Below are positions 30,034 through 38,904 of a DNA stretch of 64,000 bases, piece by piece. Source of the DNA: Promethearchaeota archaeon (GTDB taxonomy: Archaea; Asgardarchaeota; Lokiarchaeia; Sigyniarchaeales; SOKP01). The notes under the pieces were generated by a model, which ran no database searches, was not told the DNA's origin, and saw nothing but the letters and a program-made list of their open reading frames with translations. Location: contig JAEOTS010000152.1 in NCBI GenBank assembly GCA_016839745.1, positions 1-64,000 on the forward strand. Reading direction: 5' to 3'. Positions within the stretch are counted from its first letter, which is position 1; every line of letters begins with the position of its first letter. A program made the position numbers and the translations under genes.

Positions 30034-32142
30034 TTACTTTCTCCTTCTCATCATTACATAAATAATTCCGACAGTTGTAACAGCTAATGTGATAAACATC
30101 GAATATCCAGGTATTTCAGGTATGGGCGCCGACCATCCTACCCACTTTATATGGGTAAGATCTCCAACAATCGTTGGCATTCCATGATAGAACTCAAATT
30201 CACGTACTTCCCATTCTCTCCTATAAACGTATCCAAATTTACCATGACCTATCCACATCCATGGGTACTGGTAGTTTTGTAGTGTAAGCCCTATATTATC
30301 ATATAATCCCTGTCTTGTAATGCTGTCTGAAAAATAGATCTGATCTATCCAGTCTGTGACATTATCAAGATAACTGAAAGCTAAGTTGTACCATACCGTA
30401 AAGGGTCCTGGATACTTGAAGTACGCATTAATGTGTGCGTGACCTATATCATTCGGTGCTATAGCCCACGTCGATCCCCATATTTGTGCAGTCATCGCGC
30501 CTCCTCCCAATATATGTGGCCAGACAGAAGGTAATTCATGAGAAGCATCGTCATAATAAGCCATTCCAATATTTGCTAGAGCTGTTCCCATATAATCTTC
30601 AAGAACCCCTTGAACCGAAGTTGTATCCCAATAGAAATCAACCGTGTATATAGGATTTGAATTTGCAACATCAATCCAATCTTGATCTGGACTATTTTCA
30701 TCAAGATTTCTGGACGGGTCAGCGCATTCAGCTGGATATTGAGCAAGTATAGCCTCCCGTGCTATGGTAAGATTTAAATATGGCATAGGAATGCTTGGGT
30801 TAGCATAGAGGTGGTCGTTACCAAGAAAACTATTCATACGCGTCGCACGTCCATTATAAGCTGTCTGCAAAAATCCTTCATAGTCGAATGCGTATGAGAC
30901 TGCTTTTCGGAGTAAGCGAGGGATTCCATTGGTGGTGGTGACATTCACCCAGTATGTCTCATTAACGCAATTCAATATAAGACAGAGTGGATAATCTCCA
31001 ATCGGGTTTGTATAATATGTCACATCAGCTTGGGCGATAACTTCGTCATAAACAAAATTAAAGCCACTGACGTCGGGAGAAAAATCTATTGCACCAGTCT
31101 TCATAGCTAAATTACGTGCTGCCGTACCATCTGCATCAGCAGTAAATATAACAAATTGTACTTCATCAATCTGGAACCAATCGAGAGCTTCAAGATAATC
31201 TTTATTCCAATAATTCTCATTTTTCGTCATTAAGCCTCCCGGTGTCGGTCCTGTGGTCGTCCAATGATCAAATATATATGGCCCCGTTCCAACCAAGTGC
31301 TTGAAGGTTTCATCCTGAGGAAAGGAGGGATTTTCTCCAAAACCATAAATTGGCGCATCCCAATAGTTCGCATAAGACTCCATCGATATCATCAAAATAT
31401 AATGTTGAGGATTACCTGCTAAAATCTCCCAGGCTGAAAAAGAAGCCCAATCATTATAGTTGATTTTAATTGTTCCCCCTCCATTAGGTCCTCCCGCATC
31501 TAAAATAGTTACATTCTTAATTTTAGGAAAAGTACCGTTTAGTTGAGGAATAGTTGCAACCATGCCATTATAGGAAGGCATTTGGCCAATATAAGATGAA
31601 AAGTTCCAACTTTGAGTATAAAAAGGGAGATAGTCACTCGCATCTTCCCAAAAATCACCTAGATATTTAGTATTACCGTTTCCTGTTAAATTACCCGAAA
31701 CTATCATTATTCGATCCAGATTCCACTTTGCTGCCGTGGCGTTCCATGCTGAGCCATCGTGGAAGGTTACATTTTCTCGCAACGTTAAAGTAGTCGACTT
31801 AATACCTCCGCTATTGAAAAATCCTTTTGAATTATTTTCTACTGGCCAATATTCGAATGCCCAATTGGTTGCGAGGCAAGGTTGTAATTCAGAGAGATTG
31901 CCATTCCAATAAGCAGGATATGTTACAAAACCCTCTAGGGAAGGGAAACGGGCCGAATCAGCTGTAGATGCGAGACGAATGGCTGGGTCCCAATCTCCCC
32001 CTAAAGGATTAGTTTGGAGACCGTACTTAAAGACCAATGGATCTGCTTGAGCGGATTTAGGTTCTGCCATAACTGGGAAAAATGGTATAACGAAAGAACT
32101 TAAGAATAATATCAAGACTAAAATTTTTGTAAATCTTCTCAT
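30034..32142 (-). CDS. ABC substrate-binding protein (family 5) with C-terminal IPGY-TM-RRRK anchor
   Basis: Signal peptide, LATNW, LRENVTFHDG, GTGPY, RKAVSYAFD; IPEIPGY followed by a TM helix and basic tail. Confidence 0.9.
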   Translation of the reverse strand: MRRFTKILVLILFLSSFVIPFFPVMAEPKSAQADPLVFKYGLQTNPLGGDWDPAIRLASTADSARFPSLEGFVTYPAYWNGNLSELQPCLATNWAFEYWPVENNSKGFFNSGGIKSTTLTLRENVTFHDGSAWNATAAKWNLDRIMIVSGNLTGNGNTKYLGDFWEDASDYLPFYTQSWNFSSYIGQMPSYNGMVATIPQLNGTFPKIKNVTILDAGGPNGGGTIKINYNDWASFSAWEILAGNPQHYILMISMESYANYWDAPIYGFGENPSFPQDETFKHLVGTGPYIFDHWTTTGPTPGGLMTKNENYWNKDYLEALDWFQIDEVQFVIFTADADGTAARNLAMKTGAIDFSPDVSGFNFVYDEVIAQADVTYYTNPIGDYPLCLILNCVNETYWVNVTTTNGIPRLLRKAVSYAFDYEGFLQTAYNGRATRMNSFLGNDHLYANPSIPMPYLNLTIAREAILAQYPAECADPSRNLDENSPDQDWIDVANSNPIYTVDFYWDTTSVQGVLEDYMGTALANIGMAYYDDASHELPSVWPHILGGGAMTAQIWGSTWAIAPNDIGHAHINAYFKYPGPFTVWYNLAFSYLDNVTDWIDQIYFSDSITRQGLYDNIGLTLQNYQYPWMWIGHGKFGYVYRREWEVREFEFYHGMPTIVGDLTHIKWVGWSAPIPEIPGYSMFITLAVTTVGIIYVMMRRRK

Positions 32143-32181
32143 TTTTATTCTTTCCGTTGTTTTTTGTTAGATTTTTTTTTT

Positions 32182-32250
32182 AATATACAGTATGAATTAA
32201 ACATACTTAGATTAACATACGATACGAGAGTATTTAAACTTTTCATAATT
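32182..32250 (-). repeat. 69-bp inverted repeat, right copy: promoter of the substrate-binding protein gene
   Basis: Reverse complement matches 28458-28526 at 65/69. Confidence 0.9.
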
Positions 32251-32531
32251 GTTTCTTTTTCAATTTTTTTGCTATTTCATAACCGAATTTAAATGATTGA
32301 AGTGATTTAAAGTGTGAGAATGCATAACTATTACTTGTTCAAGCCGTCCAGAAAATTTGCATATTTTTGTTATACTCATATATGATATATTTGATGCTAA
32401 AATTGATATGAAAACATTATCAACATTAATATAAACTGTATATTTATATAAAATATAAAATAATAATTTAATAATAATACTAAACAATTTAATTAAACAA
32501 TTTAAAATAGAATGACAAAGGTGAATTAGGT

Positions 32532-33803
32532 TTGAAAGAAGTGTGGTTAGTGGACTACGCTCGGACTGCGTTTTCTAGATCTAGACCAACCCAACCCGAA
32601 AGGGATGTATTTGGAGAGATTAGGGGAGATGCATTACTAGCTGAGTTATTAATGAAATTTTTTGACGGTAGATTGGCAGATAAAGGAATAGAAAGAAAAG
32701 ATATGGGGGAAGTATCAATCGGAGTCGCCGCTGGTGTATTAGAAAATTGGACATATGGCGGACGAATTCCGTTATTTTTAGCGGGGTTTCCATTTGAAGT
32801 TCCTTCTTTCTTTATAGATCGACAATGTGGTTCAGCAGGTAGTGGTATGCATGTTGGCATTATGGAAATTATGACTGGACAGATTAAGACCGCATTAGCA
32901 ACGGGTTTTGAACACATGACTCGCGTGAGAGGTAAAGGGACAGATCCCAATATATCGTCGGCTAATAAAAAAAGTATATTTTACAGACCCGAATTAGATT
33001 TGCAAACGACCTTTAACATGCTACAAACGGCACAGAAGCTATATGAGGAAGAAGTACCTACATTTACTAAAGAAGATCTAGACAAGTTTGGTGTAAGAAG
33101 TCATAATCTTGCTGTTAAAAGTCACGAAGATGGCTTTTTCAAAGGTGAGATAATACCCATTGAAGGACACGCTCCAGGAAATGTCGAAGAGAAAATGATT
33201 ATCGATAGGGACATGAATGCCCGAAAATCTACTCTAGAAGCTGTTTCTCAGTTGCGTCGAATATCACAACCTTTTTTCCTCGAAAAAAATGGGGGAAAAG
33301 AAGGGTATGTAAAAAGAGAAGGTACTGAGGAGGGCGTGATCACTGCCGGAAATTCATCTCCACTAAACGCTGGAGCTACAGCAGCAGTACTTATGGAAGC
33401 AGAAGAAGCGAAGAAAAGAGGAATAGAACCCCTAGCAAGAATCGTATCCATTGGATGGGCTGGCGTAGATCCTACCGTAATGGGAAGAGGTCCGGTTCCA
33501 GCTACTCAAAAAGCATTACAATATGCGAATCTTTCTGCTGAGGATATCGATTATTGGGAGATAAATGAGGCGTTTTGCATAGTTGCACTAAATTGTATGG
33601 ATAAATTTAACCTTCCTGAAGAGAAAGTAAATGTCATGGGAGGTTCGACCGCTATAGGGCATCCATTGGGCTCCACAATGATACGATTAACCGGTACCGT
33701 AGCAAGGATACTGAAAGAAAAGAAAGCGAAATACGGTATTGCTAACGCATGCGTGGGAGGAGGACAAGGGGTAGCAACTATTATCGAAAATCTCGATGCT
33801 TAA
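32532..33803 (+). CDS. Acetyl-CoA C-acyltransferase (thiolase), copy 2
   Basis: RQCGS, EINEAF, GHPLG, CVGGGQG; close paralog of 19945..21222. Confidence 0.95.
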   Translation: MKEVWLVDYARTAFSRSRPTQPERDVFGEIRGDALLAELLMKFFDGRLADKGIERKDMGEVSIGVAAGVLENWTYGGRIPLFLAGFPFEVPSFFIDRQCGSAGSGMHVGIMEIMTGQIKTALATGFEHMTRVRGKGTDPNISSANKKSIFYRPELDLQTTFNMLQTAQKLYEEEVPTFTKEDLDKFGVRSHNLAVKSHEDGFFKGEIIPIEGHAPGNVEEKMIIDRDMNARKSTLEAVSQLRRISQPFFLEKNGGKEGYVKREGTEEGVITAGNSSPLNAGATAAVLMEAEEAKKRGIEPLARIVSIGWAGVDPTVMGRGPVPATQKALQYANLSAEDIDYWEINEAFCIVALNCMDKFNLPEEKVNVMGGSTAIGHPLGSTMIRLTGTVARILKEKKAKYGIANACVGGGQGVATIIENLDA

Positions 33804-34010
33804 AATATATCTCAAAGAATCAATACAAGAAATATTTTAGTATCATTTATTTTTCTTTTTCTTTTCATAATGTTCTTCATTAGCGTATATTTGGAAGAAT
33901 ATATTCATTGAACAATTAGCCAAACTATCACATTTATCTAAAAAAAGTAAAAAAATGTTAAATATGGAGATTCTATTTTTAATAAAATAAAATTGAAATA
34001 TGCATTAATT

Positions 34011-35072
34011 TTACTTTATGTAACCTGCGGCTGTTTTCAATCTCTTTTCGGCATCTTGAACAATTTCTTCAATAATATTTCTGACTTTTTTCACTTGTTG
34101 GATTATACCAATACTTTGGCCCAATAAAACAGCACCAGAGTTAATGTCGCCTGTATAAGCTGCTTCGTATGCTTTTCCTTCAGCAATTATATCTTCTTGA
34201 GTCATTTGCGCTTCTTCGGCCATTTTTTGTTGTTTGTCCGTTACGAGTCCGTGATGTAGCGAGTATTCGTTCTTCCATAGCCGAATTGGTCCAAGCGCTC
34301 CGGTTGCTAAAATAGTATCTTGAGCATTAGCAGTAGGTGGTACTGATTTATATTCCTTGGAAAATTCGCTTTCTTCCGATGCAATAAATCGTGAACCCAT
34401 AGCAACAGCACCTGCACCTAACGATAAAGCAGCGGCAAGACCTTCACCAGTAGCAAAACCACCACAAGCAATTACTGGAAGATCTGGGTGCTTTTTCATT
34501 ACTTGTTGGAGTAATACTAGCGTGCTAACCTTTTCATAGGATTGATGTCCCCCGCCCTCGGTTCCTGTAACGACGACACCATCGACACCAGAGGCCGCAC
34601 ACTTATCTACTAGCCATAAAGCTGGACCAACATGGAAATGTTTTATTTGAGATCCACTTTCTTTTAACTTCAAATACGCTTTAGATTGCGGCAAAGTTTT
34701 TGAGGAACCCGCGCTGGTGATAGCATAAACGCACTGCTCTTTCAATTTTGGATTTTCCATTATAAATTTAGGAATTTGCTTTACCAAAATTGGTGCATCA
34801 GCTTCTCTTCTGGAAGTTCTTATGTTAAATCCAAATGGTTTATCCGTATGCTCAACAACTTCCAACATGTTATCTTTTAAAATTTGAACGGGATTCTTTC
34901 CGGCCATGTAATCGCTTACTAGAGCAGAATGGCTCAGTACGCCTAAACCTCCAGCTTCAGAAACTGCGATTGTTAATTGGGTTGTATAAAAAGGTCCCAT
35001 CGGGGCTGCGATGATGGGATGTTTAATCCCTAACATTTTAGTAATATTCGTTTCTAAAACCATATTATTCAC
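34011..35072 (-). CDS. Nitronate monooxygenase/FabK-like FMN protein
   Basis: APMG, VSEAGGLG, PFGFN, EGGGH, IACGGF, MGSRF, GQSIG. Confidence 0.9.
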   Translation of the reverse strand: MNNMVLETNITKMLGIKHPIIAAPMGPFYTTQLTIAVSEAGGLGVLSHSALVSDYMAGKNPVQILKDNMLEVVEHTDKPFGFNIRTSRREADAPILVKQIPKFIMENPKLKEQCVYAITSAGSSKTLPQSKAYLKLKESGSQIKHFHVGPALWLVDKCAASGVDGVVVTGTEGGGHQSYEKVSTLVLLQQVMKKHPDLPVIACGGFATGEGLAAALSLGAGAVAMGSRFIASEESEFSKEYKSVPPTANAQDTILATGALGPIRLWKNEYSLHHGLVTDKQQKMAEEAQMTQEDIIAEGKAYEAAYTGDINSGAVLLGQSIGIIQQVKKVRNIIEEIVQDAEKRLKTAAGYIK

Positions 35073-35156
35073 ATTATTAGTTTTTTAGTTTTTAGTTAGT
35101 GATACAAATAAAAGAAGATTAATAAAATTTTACAGCTGAAGAAAAAGGAGTTCGAT

Positions 35157-37658
35157 TTACATCGAATGCGATTCTCTAGCAATTATCTCGTCTTGTAACT
35201 CTTTTCCGATGGCGTTAAAGTAAGCGTTATAGCCCGTAATTCGCACTAAGAGATTAGTATAATTTTCGGGATGCTTTTGAGCATCTTTTAGCATATCTAC
35301 ATCAAGCATGTTGACTTGTAAGCAAGTTCCTCCGTTTTCAATATATCCTCGTAAATATGATTTGAATTTTTCTTTGTGTTCTGGATTCTTAAGAATTGCT
35401 GGATTGAATGTAATCGTATGGCTTGCTCCGTTAGGTAAAAAGTTAATATATTCACCATCTTCTGTTTTTCCTCCTAAAGCAATACCCACCGAATTAGTAA
35501 CTGCGGTAGGGCCTTTTAGGTCTACTCCATTTGAAGGACAAATTGCGTTAGAGAGGAAAGTCCCCATATTTCGGCCATTTGGAGTAGCTATTGTCAAACT
35601 GGCGTCAGCTCCAGCCCAATAGTTCCAGGAAAGCATGCCAGGTCGAAATTGAAAATCGGTAGGAGTTTTATATTTCCATGTTTCGTCAGCCCACACTTCC
35701 ATAACTTTTTGAGCTAACTCATCAGCGCTATCGACATCGTTTCCGTATTTAGGCGCTCGATTTTTTAAGATTGTTTGAATCACAGCGTATTCTTCTCCTT
35801 CAAAATCGTTAATCAAGGCATCTTTAATGTGAGATATGGTGTATTTCTTATCGTCGTAAACAAATTTTTTAATTGCCAATAAAGAATCGACGGTAGTAGC
35901 AAAACCAACGCCCTCAACTGTTATAAATCTTAACTCAGGCCCACCACATCTAATATCTAATCCTCTTTCAGCGCACCCTCGAACTAAAGACGACAAATAT
36001 GGTGTAGGCATATATTCAGCTCTAATTGATTCAGTTAAATTATATATATCTACAGTGTATTTAATGAGAAATTGTACTTGTTTTTTCCAGGCATTCCAAA
36101 ATTCCTCCCAAGTTTTAAATTTCTCAGGATTACCAGTTTTCGGCCCAATTTGTTCACCTTTCTTTGTAGCAACATCATTACCGGGCATATTCTTCCCGTT
36201 CCATAGAATCAATTCAAGACTCTTTGTTAAGTTTGGATTACAATTCACTGTACCAGATCTATCGTTTCCCTGCATTGTGTTTTCTAAGCATCCAACGCAA
36301 GCATAATCCCAAGCATCTTCTGGAGATATACCTTCCGCAATCATACCTGCGATACTTCTCTCGTCGAAATTTATAAGAAATGGGGCTCCTTGCGAACGGG
36401 AGATCATATCAACTATGATATTTAACAATTTCTCGGGAGATTTTCTATGTAGTCTAACATTCGGCTTTGGTTCTAAGATAGGAGACCATTCGTCAATGAC
36501 TTCCAAAATAGTATAGGTCAATTCGTTAGTCAAATCTTCGCCGTTAGGCCCACAACCACTAAGAGTCATCAATTGTCCAAACCCTGAAGTAATACCCTGC
36601 TTTCCTACTTTGATTAGGGCGTCATAAGCAGTATTGCAATGAAACCAGAAACTTCCTATAATATCTTTAGCAAATTCTTTTGAGATGTTTTTTTCGTCAA
36701 TTACATCTTTTTTATATAAATCCCAGAGGTGTTGATCAGTTCGACCAAATGATGTACCCGGACCAGGGTAAGATTCTTCTGCCATTATTAGCATGTGAGT
36801 TACCCATATCGCTTGAAGCCCTTGCCAAAAAGTCTCAGCGGGCTCCCATGGAACTTTTTCGAGGTTTTTAGCCATCTGTTCTAATTCTTTTACTCTTTCA
36901 GACGAGTTTGCTGTTTCTTTAAGTCTTCTACATTCTTCAGCGTATTTTTGAGCGAATTTTCTTGGTATCTCCGAAGCTTCTAACATGGCTCTTAATTCTT
37001 GGCCTTTAGAACCCTTTTTTTCTCGTTCTGATAATTGTTTGTATTGAGCCTTTATTTTTTCATGTATGAACTTGAATCCTTTTGTGATTATGGTTTCGTG
37101 ATCCGGGATAAGGTGTCCTCCCGTTGCCCCGGTATTTCCAAAACCAGATTTATGAAATTTGTAAAATTTATGTCTAGTTTTCAGATTTTCCTTCCAATAT
37201 TTATTGGTCTCTGTTTCGTTTAAACAATCGCTCAATTGAGTGTTAAACCTACCACCAGCAATTAAATCGTTTTCAGATATGATCTCGTGAGGTACATAAT
37301 CGAGCATGACCGTCTCAAAAAATTTTATCTTGCGTTCTGGTAAAGACAATTCCCAGAAACCGTCAGGTAATGATACTGTAATAGCTACAGATCTCAAACA
37401 CCCCTCAAAAACACCCTTACCCTTATTACCTATGTAAAAGTGAACCTCAGGAGTGACATAGTAATCAAATTCGCACCAAATTATATCCCAATCTGTGCCA
37501 GTAGTGAAAGACATGAATTCGTTATTCCACTCTCGTTTAACTCCTTTGAAGTAATAATCCCTTAACCATTTAGATCTTTTGGAAAAATGGTGAGGTTCAG
37601 CAATGTTATATCTTGGTTCTTCTTTCTTAGTTTCTGTTCTATGTTTAGAATCGCTCAT
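35157..37658 (-). CDS. Glycyl-radical enzyme (PFL2/eliminase-like, substrate unknown)
   Basis: Cys loop YACVGCLEN, glycyl loop LLVRITGYNAYF, PKYGND, ATPNGR, AQKHPENY. Confidence 0.93.
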   Translation of the reverse strand: MSDSKHRTETKKEEPRYNIAEPHHFSKRSKWLRDYYFKGVKREWNNEFMSFTTGTDWDIIWCEFDYYVTPEVHFYIGNKGKGVFEGCLRSVAITVSLPDGFWELSLPERKIKFFETVMLDYVPHEIISENDLIAGGRFNTQLSDCLNETETNKYWKENLKTRHKFYKFHKSGFGNTGATGGHLIPDHETIITKGFKFIHEKIKAQYKQLSEREKKGSKGQELRAMLEASEIPRKFAQKYAEECRRLKETANSSERVKELEQMAKNLEKVPWEPAETFWQGLQAIWVTHMLIMAEESYPGPGTSFGRTDQHLWDLYKKDVIDEKNISKEFAKDIIGSFWFHCNTAYDALIKVGKQGITSGFGQLMTLSGCGPNGEDLTNELTYTILEVIDEWSPILEPKPNVRLHRKSPEKLLNIIVDMISRSQGAPFLINFDERSIAGMIAEGISPEDAWDYACVGCLENTMQGNDRSGTVNCNPNLTKSLELILWNGKNMPGNDVATKKGEQIGPKTGNPEKFKTWEEFWNAWKKQVQFLIKYTVDIYNLTESIRAEYMPTPYLSSLVRGCAERGLDIRCGGPELRFITVEGVGFATTVDSLLAIKKFVYDDKKYTISHIKDALINDFEGEEYAVIQTILKNRAPKYGNDVDSADELAQKVMEVWADETWKYKTPTDFQFRPGMLSWNYWAGADASLTIATPNGRNMGTFLSNAICPSNGVDLKGPTAVTNSVGIALGGKTEDGEYINFLPNGASHTITFNPAILKNPEHKEKFKSYLRGYIENGGTCLQVNMLDVDMLKDAQKHPENYTNLLVRITGYNAYFNAIGKELQDEIIARESHSM

Positions 37659-37898
37659 TTATATTAGCTCCCCATTATTCTTATTTTAAATTAGAAATAA
37701 AGGAAATATTTTATTAAATTTAAGTATGAATCAATAATAAATATTCGAATTATTTCATATAATTTTAGTTTTTAATTATTTACTAGAGCGGAGAAATTGA
37801 TTTAAAGTAATTTATAAAAGATTGAAAAAAAATTTAAGTTATTATTCTGATTATTATGTGTAATTTTGATTCGAGTTACAAAATAATGGAGATATATC

Positions 37899-38843
37899 TT
37901 GTCTGATAAAAATGACTTTGAACTAGTAATTATTGGTGGTGGACCCGCGGGATTAACAGCTGCAATTTATGGGGGGAGAATGGGTTTAAAGACTGCTCTT
38001 TTTGAAGGTAAGGCATTTGGAGGTCTCGCTGGAACAGCTCCCAAAATTGAAAACTATCCCGGATTTGAGAGCATCAACGGACTTGAATTAACTGAAAAGA
38101 TGAGGAAACAAGCTGAAATATATGGAACAACCTTTTTTTATAATGAAGTCTCAGCAATCAATCCGAAAGAACTGACTGTAACTACAAGTAAAGGGGAAAC
38201 GAGAGCAAAATCTATAATTATTGCAACGGGTTCAAAACATCTTTCACTTGGGTTGCCTAATGAATATCAATTAATAGGTAACGGGATATCCTACTGTGCA
38301 ACTTGTGACGGTCCACTTTTTAGAGATCAAGTAGTAGCTACGGTTGGCGGTAGCAATGCCGCAGGTCTAGAAGTAATTTATCTTTCTGGCGTTGCAAAAA
38401 AAGTTTACCTTATTCATAGACGGCACTGTTTGCGAGCAGAAGCATGTATTGTAGATGAGGTTGATTCATTACCGAATGTTGTACCAATGTACAATTGCAC
38501 TATCGAGGAAGCTATACCTAAAGATGACAAATTAGGAGAAATAAAAGTTAAAAATATTGAAACTGGCGAAATAACAAGTATAAATGTGAATGCTCTTTTT
38601 ATTGCGATAGGAGTTGAGCCACAGAGTGAATTAGCAAAAAACTCAGGGATTGAACTTGATAAGGATAACAATATTAAAGTTGATAAAAATCAAGAAACTA
38701 ATTTTCCAGGTATATATGCAGCGGGAGACGTAACTGGTGGAATACGGCAGGTAACCACTGCTACTGGTGAAGGAACCACTGCAGCTATGAATGCGTATCT
38801 TTTCATCAAACAAGGTTGGTATGGAGATGGGTTGAAGAAATAA
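37899..38843 (+). CDS. trxB: Thioredoxin reductase
   Basis: GGGPAGL, ENYPG, SYCATCDG, HRR, YAAGDV. Confidence 0.93.
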   Translation: MSDKNDFELVIIGGGPAGLTAAIYGGRMGLKTALFEGKAFGGLAGTAPKIENYPGFESINGLELTEKMRKQAEIYGTTFFYNEVSAINPKELTVTTSKGETRAKSIIIATGSKHLSLGLPNEYQLIGNGISYCATCDGPLFRDQVVATVGGSNAAGLEVIYLSGVAKKVYLIHRRHCLRAEACIVDEVDSLPNVVPMYNCTIEEAIPKDDKLGEIKVKNIETGEITSINVNALFIAIGVEPQSELAKNSGIELDKDNNIKVDKNQETNFPGIYAAGDVTGGIRQVTTATGEGTTAAMNAYLFIKQGWYGDGLKK

Positions 38844-38875
38844 ATAAGGCAACTCATTATTTTACATATTACCTA

Positions 38876-38901
38876 GATATTACACTCTATTTTGTAATAT
38901 C
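38876..38901. repeat. Inverted repeat GATATTACA-N8-TGTAATATC upstream of xerA
   Basis: Perfect 9-bp arms with an 8-nt spacer, read directly from the sequence. Confidence 0.6.
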
Positions 38902-38904
38902 ACG

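Noticed and set aside
35157-37658. Annotation as pyruvate formate-lyase (pflB) or CutC
   Set aside because: No adjacent CC pair; the Cys loop differs from CutC and there are no microcompartment genes
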